This document shows positions 16,030 through 23,806 of a stretch of DNA of 64,000 nucleotides, piece after piece; the stretch's first letter is position 1; each line of letters opens with the position of its first letter. Source of the DNA: a virus. The notes under the pieces were generated by a model that saw only the letters and a list, made by a program, of their open reading frames with translations, was not told where the DNA came from and searched no databases. The stretch lies in the IMG/VR virus record IMGVR_UViG_3300006187_000001; one strand, given 5' to 3'. The position numbers were made by a program, and so were the translations under genes.

Positions 16030-18591
16030 CTACCTCGGGGGATGTGCATCAGGGCGAAACTTTGTGGCGCTGTAGTTCGCCCGCTTGTTTCGATCATTTG
16101 TCCAACTTGGTTCGACCTCGTCTATCAGCCACAACTCACCATCGATGTAAATGGGATCCCACTTTCGAAGTCGATATGTGAATTGATCACCCCAATCAGC
16201 ATCAAAGTGTCGCCACTGATATCCGAAGCAAAGATCTTCGTATGCACGCCTTCCAATCCACTCGAACGCGTCTCGACTTGGACAATTGGGGAGCGGAATA
16301 ACTTTTATGTGTTGTTGGCCCATGTAGTCCGGATGTTTCACGTCGGGATTCAGGTTCTCCGGGTTTCTGAACCCACGAGGATTGCTCCAGACTCTCGAAA
16401 CAGTGTCCTTCCCAATCAAGCTGAAGGACTCGGCGTAATTGATGTCAGACTGATTCACTTCGCCTTTGTAAACGATATCGGACAAGAGCTTTTGAGGAAT
16501 ATCCGCGAAAAGATCTGCGTTCGTGGTAAGGACAAGGGTCGTAAAACTTGGCGGGCGCGGTCTCCGTTTCAAATTCGAGTGCTTATATCGAGGAACTCCC
16601 TCATACTTGGGATCTTCACCCGCTGCGCGATAGGAAGCATCATCTTTAAAGAATGCGGCTTTGGGACGAGTCGCAAGCGTTTGCTCTGGAGTTGGCCTCT
16701 TGTAAACATGCCATGCATGGTCTCCTAAATCCCATACCCAGTGCCAACCGAGGATGTTTTTGATCAAATCATTCACGAACTGATAAAGAGGCGTGACCGG
16801 ATCAACGTACCAAATGTCGTCTTTCTTATTGGCGCCTTCCTTTTGGCCGCCTTTTGGTCCTCCGCCATCGCCCTCGGCCCAGAGCCTGAAATTCCACCGG
16901 CTGGCATCGGTCCACTCACCTTGGTAGTAAACAGGGTCAAATACGATCTGTGATGATGGATCGTAACCTACAGCTTCGCCACAACGCCGGACGGCATCTT
17001 GCCACTTCCATGGTCTCTTTACCTTTGCTGAATCGAAAGGGTCTTGTGTGAAGTTCAGCCCTAAAACATGACCACGGAGAAACCTATCGGCCTGACCAAC
17101 ACAATCGAATACAAGTTTCTCAGGTCCTGAAGTCGGCGCTTCTCCGACTTCGTTTTGCAAAGCAAATCCCTCAAAATAAGTGATCCCCGATTCATCGTCG
17201 AACAGTCTGCATGCGGCATAGCTTCGCTCTATGTAATCAGATGCTTGGCCACGCGAATTGTCTACTGAGACTGTTAGTCGGGACCGCTCGGGGCTATCAC
17301 CTTGGTAGATTCTCTGGCCAAGCGTTTTAAATGAGTGTGGAATTGTGCTCGATGATTCAAAGATTGGTGCCTTGTCAATTCCATATCCATAGAACTCAGG
17401 CGACTTACTAGATGTTTTTAGGGTGCCTGATCCTCCAACAAGGTCATTAGCACCTACCATCGCGCATCGTAACGCAGGGCATTGCTGACCATTGTTGCTT
17501 TCGAATGGCGCTAGCGTTGCCTGACTAAACAAAGCTCCATCGAAGAAGCCGTAGGAGATGTTCCCTCCATTTAGGTCATGCAGGGTGTGGTAGTAAATCT
17601 GATTAGTCGGAACGAAACCTAGGTCTTGACCCTTGTCCCAGAAAATAGCAGGGGCCGTGACTCCCGAGAAGAAAGCTAATCGAGATACTTGAATGAAAGC
17701 CTTATACTCCCGACTGATTCGAAGTGTCCACGGTCCAGCTTTCGTGATGACCGGCTCACCGTTCGGTAGCTTATGTAAACTACCACTGAACCTATATGAA
17801 CCACCAATTCCAGCACCTTTCTTCGCCTTCCATAAATACAGTTCTTTTGCCCAATCTCGAATATCTCGATCTATGTAATCCACATGGAAGTCGATTACTC
17901 GGCCAGCGTGTGGAAAAATGAGGATGCGATAGACAGATCCAAACCCTTGACTGTGCCAAGCTGGATGCCACTTAAAACTATACAAGTAAGCATAGGTTTG
18001 AAAGTTCTCAGTTCTCCAGAGATGAGCATCACCAGTTGAGTCGACTACTAGAGCGCAATCGCCAAAGTAAAACGTGAACATCTCAGGACGCGCACTTGTT
18101 GAACGCCCCTCAAACCGAAATCTAAGTTGATATCCAGTGTTCTCCGGGAATGACTGCACGCTTTGTAGTGCGTTTACTCCTAAGGAGGCCTTTGCGTTCT
18201 CCAGCTTTGAAAGCGTCGGTACTTTCACTCCTCCAGGGTGGTCTTGCTGATTTGCTAGAGCGTCTTTTCCAGGTCCGGCATAATTTTTCTTCTTGATGAT
18301 TGAATGAAAGAAGTAGTCGCTTTGATTATCTCTTCCCTCCGGGACCTCAGTCCACCAATCCGCATCGTAAAGACAGTCTGAAAGTCGAAACTTCAAATAG
18401 TCGTATGTCTTTTCTCCCGAGAAATCAGGTGTAAGATTGATGGGGTAGAGCGTTATGGATTCTGAGCTTGGCCAATATTTGACCCTATACTTGTCATTGT
18501 GGCGAGACAAGCTTGCTGCCGTTCGCTGATAGGTGATTCCGCGCTCCTTTAAGTAGAGTTGCGGAGTATCAAGTTCAAGTTTAGTTCCCAT
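16030..18591 (-). CDS. large tail protein (distal tail / hub position)
   Basis: 853-aa ORF, the first tail gene after the inserted island. It looks AT-richer than the neighbouring tail genes. Confidence 0.6.
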   Translation of the reverse strand: MGTKLELDTPQLYLKERGITYQRTAASLSRHNDKYRVKYWPSSESITLYPINLTPDFSGEKTYDYLKFRLSDCLYDADWWTEVPEGRDNQSDYFFHSIIKKKNYAGPGKDALANQQDHPGGVKVPTLSKLENAKASLGVNALQSVQSFPENTGYQLRFRFEGRSTSARPEMFTFYFGDCALVVDSTGDAHLWRTENFQTYAYLYSFKWHPAWHSQGFGSVYRILIFPHAGRVIDFHVDYIDRDIRDWAKELYLWKAKKGAGIGGSYRFSGSLHKLPNGEPVITKAGPWTLRISREYKAFIQVSRLAFFSGVTAPAIFWDKGQDLGFVPTNQIYYHTLHDLNGGNISYGFFDGALFSQATLAPFESNNGQQCPALRCAMVGANDLVGGSGTLKTSSKSPEFYGYGIDKAPIFESSSTIPHSFKTLGQRIYQGDSPERSRLTVSVDNSRGQASDYIERSYAACRLFDDESGITYFEGFALQNEVGEAPTSGPEKLVFDCVGQADRFLRGHVLGLNFTQDPFDSAKVKRPWKWQDAVRRCGEAVGYDPSSQIVFDPVYYQGEWTDASRWNFRLWAEGDGGGPKGGQKEGANKKDDIWYVDPVTPLYQFVNDLIKNILGWHWVWDLGDHAWHVYKRPTPEQTLATRPKAAFFKDDASYRAAGEDPKYEGVPRYKHSNLKRRPRPPSFTTLVLTTNADLFADIPQKLLSDIVYKGEVNQSDINYAESFSLIGKDTVSRVWSNPRGFRNPENLNPDVKHPDYMGQQHIKVIPLPNCPSRDAFEWIGRRAYEDLCFGYQWRHFDADWGDQFTYRLRKWDPIYIDGELWLIDEVEPSWTNDRNKRANYSATKFRPDAHPPR

Positions 18592-18598
18592 GAGGCAT

Positions 18599-18623
18599 TA
18601 AAAAAGGCCGCGTTGATGCGGCC
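18599..18623 (-). terminator. rho-independent terminator
   Basis: Minus strand GGCCGC-ATCAAC-GCGGCC followed by TTTTTT. It ends about 8 nt before the ATG of the 853-aa tail gene. Confidence 0.65.
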
Positions 18624-18675
18624 CAAGATTAGATGATTCTGATTGAAATGCTTTTAAGGCTGTCGCCTACGTTGC

Positions 18676-19512
18676 TTACTCTCCAATATCCATCGGTAAT
18701 GTCGGCACTATAACTCCTTCTTTTGCAAGGAGTTCGAAGATTTTGAGTTTGCCTTTGCCAGTGATGAGAGTAAGGCCGCTAGACATCGACTCGCCAGATT
18801 TAGGATGCGAATAAGTTGTCGCAATCCTGCGGAACCATCCTTGATCCAAATACTTCTGATAAGGCGCGTTGTGGTCTTTTCCACCACCAATAATCAACTT
18901 TCGGGAGCGGAGCCACTTATAGAAACGAATCTCTCCCCACTGGAATTCCTTCGCCACTTCTGCGACCGTTTGAGCGTTTACCGCCTCGTGAACACGCTCG
19001 GCGAACTGTGCTTTGGGGATAAGTTCACGATTCCTCTTGGAAAGCGCGGCATTCTTGGACTCAAGCTCCCGCTTTTCCACAATCTGTGCCAAAAGCGTCC
19101 GAATGGCCGACTCATAGTCTTGGGGCACCGGCGGAAGCGACGTTTCTGCCCTATGAGTTTGAATCGCAAAGTAGGACTGGGCCAGAGCTACTTGAGACTT
19201 TCTCGGATCACCGTTCATCGCGACCAAATAGCAGGCGTATCGCGAGAGGTGGAAGTCGTCAACCTCCAGGGTAATCGGACCGTACTGGTTCCTACTAATC
19301 TGGGTTTTGCCGGCGCTGGCAAAATGCTCCGATGTGCTAAATCCAAGGTTCGCACACGATATTTCTGCCCGCTCACTGATGCTCCTAGACGATGACGAAA
19401 AGGGTGTAACTATTTGTAACACCCTTGGTGGCCCCCAAGGGGTGTAAAAAACGTTTACACCCCCACCACGAGCGGAACACAAGAGATCGCCTTCATCGCT
19501 TCCAAAGAGCAT
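18676..19512 (-). CDS. antirepressor-family protein: DinD-like middle region + KilAC C-terminal domain (5' end probably disrupted)
   Basis: LSRYACYLVAMNGDPRKSQVALAQSYFAIQT is DinD-like. AQTVAEVAKEF...NAPYQKYLDQGWF...TLITGKGK is KilAC-like. The N-terminal ~45 codons run through two strong hairpins and there is no good in-frame start before M99 (19218). Confidence 0.55.
   Translation of the reverse strand: MLFGSDEGDLLCSARGGGVNVFYTPWGPPRVLQIVTPFSSSSRSISERAEISCANLGFSTSEHFASAGKTQISRNQYGPITLEVDDFHLSRYACYLVAMNGDPRKSQVALAQSYFAIQTHRAETSLPPVPQDYESAIRTLLAQIVEKRELESKNAALSKRNRELIPKAQFAERVHEAVNAQTVAEVAKEFQWGEIRFYKWLRSRKLIIGGGKDHNAPYQKYLDQGWFRRIATTYSHPKSGESMSSGLTLITGKGKLKIFELLAKEGVIVPTLPMDIGE
19305..19324. 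repeat. Copy A of direct repeat TTTGCCGGCGCTGGCAAA
   Basis: 18/18 identical to 19641-19658; encodes HFASAGK on the minus strand. Confidence 0.8.
19400..19463 (-). repeat. Two adjacent hairpins built on GGGTGTAA / TTACACCC
   Basis: AAGGGTGT..ACACCCTT (19400-19426) and GGGGTGTAAA-AAACG-TTTACACCCC (19439-19463). On the minus strand the first is followed by TTTT. Confidence 0.7.
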
Positions 19513-19633
19513 TTTCGAGGAGCCTCGAAAATGGGGCCATTGAAAACCTTGAATGCTCTGATGAATTTAACCAGCGCAATTTTGCGCCCGTTACCTACAC
19601 AGACGCCCTTTGGCTCTGCGCCTTTCCCACCCG

Positions 19634-19665
19634 TGATCACTTTGCCGGCGCTGGCAAAGTGATCA
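19634..19665. repeat. Copy B of the direct repeat, embedded in a 32-bp palindrome TGATCACTTTGCC-GGCGCT-GGCAAAGTGATCA
   Basis: 13-bp perfect arms; it lies just downstream of the BRO gene stop (19682). Confidence 0.8.
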
Positions 19666-19681
19666 AAAGTGAGAGCGCTTT

Positions 19682-20470
19682 TCAAGCGACTTGCCGAATC
19701 ATCCGTTCGGCGAGGTTTCGGAGAATCGGGAGATCGTTGATCGAATCGATGTAGGCGATCTTTGAGCCCATCCTCGCCCGCACGGTTTCAAGTTCGAGAT
19801 TGATGCCTCGAAGGCGTGAGTATTCGTCATAGAGCCGGTGGTAGGCGTCCTGGTAGTCAATCCCCGTGATTCGCGCATAGCGACCAATGAGGTCCATGAC
19901 CTTCTTTCGCATGCCAAAAGCAGTCGGTGATTCAATTTCATCTCCTGCAACAGGCTCTACAACCTTTAGGCGATAAACGGCAGGATTGCCAATCCCAGCG
20001 ATTGCGTGGTCACCGGTTCCACGCTGAACGTCCAGTTTGTCAATCAGTGACGTGACGGACCCGGTCAGAGAGATCATCGATTTCATCATCTCTACGAGCA
20101 GTTCGTTGGACGGTGCCGCTGGTTGTGGCGAGATACTGTAGCTCCCGGTTTTGCGGATCTGGGGGAGCACTTCACTATAGACCCAATCCATAAACCTCTT
20201 GGCCTCGGGCTTTGAGGATCTTGCGACCATCGCGTATAGGTTTCGTTCGTTGATAAACAGTATTTCCTGCTCACCGCTGGAAGTGGGGGTGATAAATTTC
20301 ATCACCCCCCTTGGGTCACACCATTCGGACCTTGTGAAGTTTGTTGGACGCTCCATCTCCAGGATGGCGCCGACATCCGCCAGGCAGAACCATGGCTCGT
20401 CGTCTACAATGTTGGTGCGTACGGGCTTTTCACCGTACGTGAACGCTTGAAGAAGGGTGTTCTCTTTCAT
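19682..20470 (-). CDS. phage antirepressor, BRO-N domain + ORF6C/P22 Ant C-terminal-like domain
   Basis: PWFCLADVGAIL...NERNLYAMVARSSKPEAKRFMDWVYSEVLPQIRKTGSY is the BRO-N signature. Confidence 0.8.
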   Translation of the reverse strand: MKENTLLQAFTYGEKPVRTNIVDDEPWFCLADVGAILEMERPTNFTRSEWCDPRGVMKFITPTSSGEQEILFINERNLYAMVARSSKPEAKRFMDWVYSEVLPQIRKTGSYSISPQPAAPSNELLVEMMKSMISLTGSVTSLIDKLDVQRGTGDHAIAGIGNPAVYRLKVVEPVAGDEIESPTAFGMRKKVMDLIGRYARITGIDYQDAYHRLYDEYSRLRGINLELETVRARMGSKIAYIDSINDLPILRNLAERMIRQVA

Positions 20471-20494
20471 GTTTCTCCTCAGCGTGGAGATTTA

Positions 20495-20575
20495 GGGGCT
20501 CGGGCCGCTGATACCGCGAGCCCCGGATATTGCCCCCTCCTGTTGCAACCAGGATTAACGGGGGCAAACTGTTTT
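20495..20575 (-). promoter_or_regulatory. structured leader 1 upstream of the BRO gene (conserved AAAACAGTTTGCCC + two GC hairpins)
   Basis: Hairpins GCCCCC..GGGGGC (20532-20565) and GGGGCTCG..CGAGCCCC (20495-20524); same layout as 21316-21394. Confidence 0.55.
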
Positions 20576-21290
20576 ACGCAGCCATCTCCCCGACCGCGCG
20601 GGACAGGCGAACATGGATCATCTGGTAGATCTTGTCGCCGTAACCTTCATGGATTGCGAAGGCAACGGTCGATCCTAACCATCCAGAGTTCTTCTTTCTC
20701 ACCGTAATCCGCACCCCAAACCGAAACTCCAGTTCGTTGTAGATGCTTGCGAAGAGCGCGCCGGGACTACATCCCGTGAGTTGACAATAGGCTCTCGCTA
20801 CGCGATTGATGGCGGATGAGTTCGTGAACCCCGGAAGGACGCCTAGCGGTTCGGGGAGATCACGCAACTCTGATCGGGCGAGTTCAGCATTTTTCTCAAG
20901 TCTGTCAAGCCGAGCGTCATAGATCTCGAACCGATCAAGAATTCCAAGTTCAGTGTTGCTGGTGATCGAGAGAGAGTACGCACCTGTCTTGCGAATACTG
21001 GGTAGGACCTCGTGAGTTATCCACCGCTTGAAGCGTTTCGCTTCTGGCTTCCTCGATCGAAGGATTAGGGAATAGAGTCCAGCTTCGTTGACAGTTTGGA
21101 GTTCCTGCGGCCCCCCAAGGGTCGTCACAATATGACGCCCCTTTTCATCATCATCCAGTGATGCCAGAGACCTGTGCGGCTGAGCGATCCCAAGCGCTTC
21201 GCACACGTCTTTGGCAATCCACTGTGGTTCGCCATTGGATAGAATGAGTCGCACTTCCCGCGACTCGAATGTAAGAATGGATGTCTCCAT
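20574..21290 (-). CDS. phage antirepressor, BRO-N domain + ORF6C-like C-terminal domain (paralogue)
   Basis: PQWIAKDVCEAL...NEAGLYSLILRSRKPEAKRFKRWITHEVLPSIRKTGAYS. ATG at 21290 (METSILTF) preceded by AAGGAA; the track ORF extends to 21338. Confidence 0.8.
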   Translation of the reverse strand: METSILTFESREVRLILSNGEPQWIAKDVCEALGIAQPHRSLASLDDDEKGRHIVTTLGGPQELQTVNEAGLYSLILRSRKPEAKRFKRWITHEVLPSIRKTGAYSLSITSNTELGILDRFEIYDARLDRLEKNAELARSELRDLPEPLGVLPGFTNSSAINRVARAYCQLTGCSPGALFASIYNELEFRFGVRITVRKKNSGWLGSTVAFAIHEGYGDKIYQMIHVRLSRAVGEMAA

Positions 21291-21315
21291 TTGGTATTTC
21301 CTTGAGCGGGAAATA

Positions 21316-21394
21316 GGGGTTGGGTTGCTCAAATCCACAACCCCTTATGCCCGGCCTGGAGAACTTGCAGGGACCCAGGCGGGCAAACTGTTTT
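21316..21394 (-). promoter_or_regulatory. structured leader 2 upstream of the second BRO gene
   Basis: AAAACAGTTTGCCC motif (21381-21394) with hairpins GCCCGGCCTGG..CCAGGCGGGC (21349-21384) and GGGGTTG..CAACCCC (21316-21344). Confidence 0.55.
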
Positions 21395-21404
21395 GTAAGG
21401 TTTC

Positions 21405-21899
21405 CTAAGCGATTCGCTTGGAGGACTTGTCGAGGATCGGATGGAGAGCATCGGCCTGAAGAACTCTTTGGTCCTTCTTGATCGTTCGCTCGCCCTCATC
21501 CTCAAGGGCCGTGAAGGCTAGGTAGTTGTGCTCGAACAGGTCGGCGAGTTGCGCATCACCGCAAGCACGGAAGAGACGGCATTTGGTTTGCCGGTACCAG
21601 ACTTGCTGCTCTTCGTCGATGGAGTTCCACAGAGGGTCGTTTGCTTCCTCGAACTCTAGATCACCAAGTTCATTCGACCTCGCATCCCATCGCGTCTCAA
21701 TGTCCTTGATTACGGGATCGGTGTCGAGCTCTTCATTGAGCAAGTTGAGCACTACTCGGTAAACCAGGTAGCAATACTCGGGATAGGTGATTTGCCCCGC
21801 CTCGCGGGACTTGGCAAGTAGTCCAACCGCCTTCGGATCTGGACTCTGAATCAGTTCAGCATAGATAACTGCGAAAGATCGGGATAGTACACTTATCAT
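21405..21899 (-). CDS. hypothetical acidic protein, first gene of the antirepressor operon
   Basis: 164-aa ORF transcribed divergently from the RHH gene. Confidence 0.5.
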   Translation of the reverse strand: MISVLSRSFAVIYAELIQSPDPKAVGLLAKSREAGQITYPEYCYLVYRVVLNLLNEELDTDPVIKDIETRWDARSNELGDLEFEEANDPLWNSIDEEQQVWYRQTKCRLFRACGDAQLADLFEHNYLAFTALEDEGERTIKKDQRVLQADALHPILDKSSKRIA

Positions 21900-21969
21900 C
21901 GTCGGTGGGCCTCCAACGCCCTTCGGCCACGGTCCCGGCTGTTGACGCAGCGCGGGGCCATTTGCTTTA

Positions 21970-22033
21970 TAGTTATTTTACAGGAAAAACTCAGGAATAC
22001 AAGAGCCTTTGAGAAAATCCTGTAAAATAACTA
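21970..22033. promoter_or_regulatory. Perfect 16-bp inverted repeat TAGTTATTTTACAGGA ... TCCTGTAAAATAACTA separated by 32 bp (candidate operator/divergent promoters)
   Basis: Arms at 21970-21985 and 22018-22033. Each arm carries TAAAAT in the outward direction. The right arm ends 1 nt before the ATG at 22035. Confidence 0.7.
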
Positions 22034-22034
22034 C

Positions 22035-22220
22035 ATGCCAGGTGGCAGACCCAAGAAGCAGGGCCCATTGCGGTCCCCAGTTTATTTCTCCCTTGACCCA
22101 AATACGGTCAAGCGTCTGGATGATGCATCCAAGACGTTGGGTCGGAAGAAGTCTCAGATCGTCGAAACGGCGGTTACCGAGTATCTCGACCGGGTTGAAA
22201 CAGAAAAGCCCCAGAGCTAA
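22035..22220 (+). CDS. ribbon-helix-helix (Arc/Mnt/CopG-type) repressor
   Basis: 61 aa with a basic N-terminus. SPVYFSLDPNTVKRLDDASKTLGRKKSQIVETAVTEYL has a strand-helix-helix layout. Confidence 0.65.
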   Translation: MPGGRPKKQGPLRSPVYFSLDPNTVKRLDDASKTLGRKKSQIVETAVTEYLDRVETEKPQS

Positions 22221-22287
22221 TCTCTGAGGCTTTCAATTCGTGCGGGCGAGAACCTCTTAGAACAGACCGGGAATCTTTTGCCTACTT

Positions 22288-22749
22288 TCAGGTTGTTGCA
22301 GCGCCTACGACTGCAATTGCGGGTTGAGGCGGGACGGTTCCCCGAAGCATAGGTTCATTGGGATCGTTTGCGACGCGTTCGCCATCTTTAGTCAGCAAAT
22401 CAATCAATTCCTTTGCTTCCTTAACAGCCTTTTGAGGATCATCTTGGATTGGCTTGCCGAGTTCATAGTCGGCTCTGATCCGCTTTTTATGGAGACCCCT
22501 GCCTCTTGAGCCAATATCCTTGGTATTGAGGTCGGCAGAATACCAATTCCATAAAGCTTTGTGAGACGAAACTTTGGGAGGCTTTTTGTAACCCCTCTTT
22601 TTCGCCCACGCAAGAGCGGCGTGATAACACGAGTAATAGGAGTGCCTGATAGCATCCCGGGCGAAGAGCTCATAGCTGTCTTCGCCCGGAGTCGCATGGA
22701 TCGCAAGGGCTTCTGCCCATCCGAGAATATCTGGAAACTTAAGCGGCAT
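22288..22749 (-). CDS. HEPN domain protein
   Basis: AIRHSYYSCYHAALAWAKKRGY....SSHKALWNWY and KKRIRADYE match the HEPN pattern (a.sraYYa.fhaa.AlL..g....sH.g....f ... R..adY). ATG at 22749; alternative GTG at 22764. Confidence 0.6.
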   Translation of the reverse strand: MPLKFPDILGWAEALAIHATPGEDSYELFARDAIRHSYYSCYHAALAWAKKRGYKKPPKVSSHKALWNWYSADLNTKDIGSRGRGLHKKRIRADYELGKPIQDDPQKAVKEAKELIDLLTKDGERVANDPNEPMLRGTVPPQPAIAVVGAATT

Positions 22750-23143
22750 TGGGCTCAACCACACAGAAGATTAATTCGTCTTCGATGTGGCGAGCGGATT
22801 CTGGCATTCTGAACTTCACGATATCGTCCAACTTCTTTCTGGCTTCTGATCCGCTGATCTTAGCCTCAATATCGACAGACAATTCTGGTTCATCTTCAGA
22901 ATCCGGGTCGGAAAATGCCTCAAACGAGACCTTTTTGACCCAATCCTCGTTCATTAGCAGCGTGATCAAATCCTTGGCCGCTGCCTGAAACTCGGGGCGC
23001 TCTCGGAGAAGGGCAAGAGTATCTTCAGAGGGGGTCATAAGAATGGACTCCTGAAAACCGTTGCTTAAAGCTTCGGTTTCGGAGCGCTTCTTCATCAGGT
23101 CAATTGCGACCCTCTTTTCCTCCAACGTGCAAGTGCTCATCAT
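22739..23143 (-). CDS. acidic partner protein of the HEPN gene (possibly a degenerate MNT-like fold)
   Basis: 134 aa and overlaps the HEPN start. VKKVSFEAFSDPDSEDEPELSVDIEA loosely parallels the MNT strand-GS-loop-DxD layout but lacks G-S. Confidence 0.45.
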   Translation of the reverse strand: MMSTCTLEEKRVAIDLMKKRSETEALSNGFQESILMTPSEDTLALLRERPEFQAAAKDLITLLMNEDWVKKVSFEAFSDPDSEDEPELSVDIEAKISGSEARKKLDDIVKFRMPESARHIEDELIFCVVEPNAA

Positions 23144-23305
23144 TCCTCCGTTCTTTACGTGCGCACACGAACTTCTCTCATCAAAAACTTGATGGATTAT
23201 ATACTCAAATGACGATTCGTAAACAATGTAGGTTCATTCTGAACTAGGCCCAGAAGCGCAATGATGCCGAGAACCAGGAGCTATGTCGTGTTACACTGAA
23301 TTCCA

Positions 23306-23806
23306 ATGGCAAAAGTCATGGCCCTTAAACCATGCCCGTTTTGTGGTGGCAACCTTCCTGAGCACTCACAATCGTGTGTGCATTGCGGGAGGTCTTTACA
23401 AATATCTTCTCAAACGGAAGAATGGCCCGACTGGCTTTTGAAATTGAACTCGCTGCTAACCAGCGAACGGTCTCCAATCTCGATTTCTCAGCTTTCAAAG
23501 ACCGAATTACGAAGTGCGTTCGACGACGGATTGACGCCCGAAGAGTTTGCCAACTCACCTAGAATTTTCGTTCAGAAAGAGAATCCTGAACCTGTGGCCA
23601 CTCCGGTTCCTCGCCAGAGCTATGAGTGGTCCAAAGCTCCCCCATATTCTTGGAAGCAGCCGCAAGAAAGGCCCGACTGGTGGTCATGGCGTTTTGTAAT
23701 CATCGCCACAGGAATCATGCTGGCCGTCATGACGATTACAGGCATCATTGGCATTGTGCAGACTCAAAGATTGCAGCAAGAGATTATTCAAAGATCTAAC
23801 CGATAG
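23306..23806 (+). CDS. zinc-ribbon membrane protein
   Basis: CPFCGG..(9)..CVHCG ribbon at the N-terminus and a TM helix FVIIATGIMLAVMTITGIIGIV near the C-terminus. Its 3' end overlaps the tape-measure stop convergently. Confidence 0.5.
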   Translation: MAKVMALKPCPFCGGNLPEHSQSCVHCGRSLQISSQTEEWPDWLLKLNSLLTSERSPISISQLSKTELRSAFDDGLTPEEFANSPRIFVQKENPEPVATPVPRQSYEWSKAPPYSWKQPQERPDWWSWRFVIIATGIMLAVMTITGIIGIVQTQRLQQEIIQRSNR

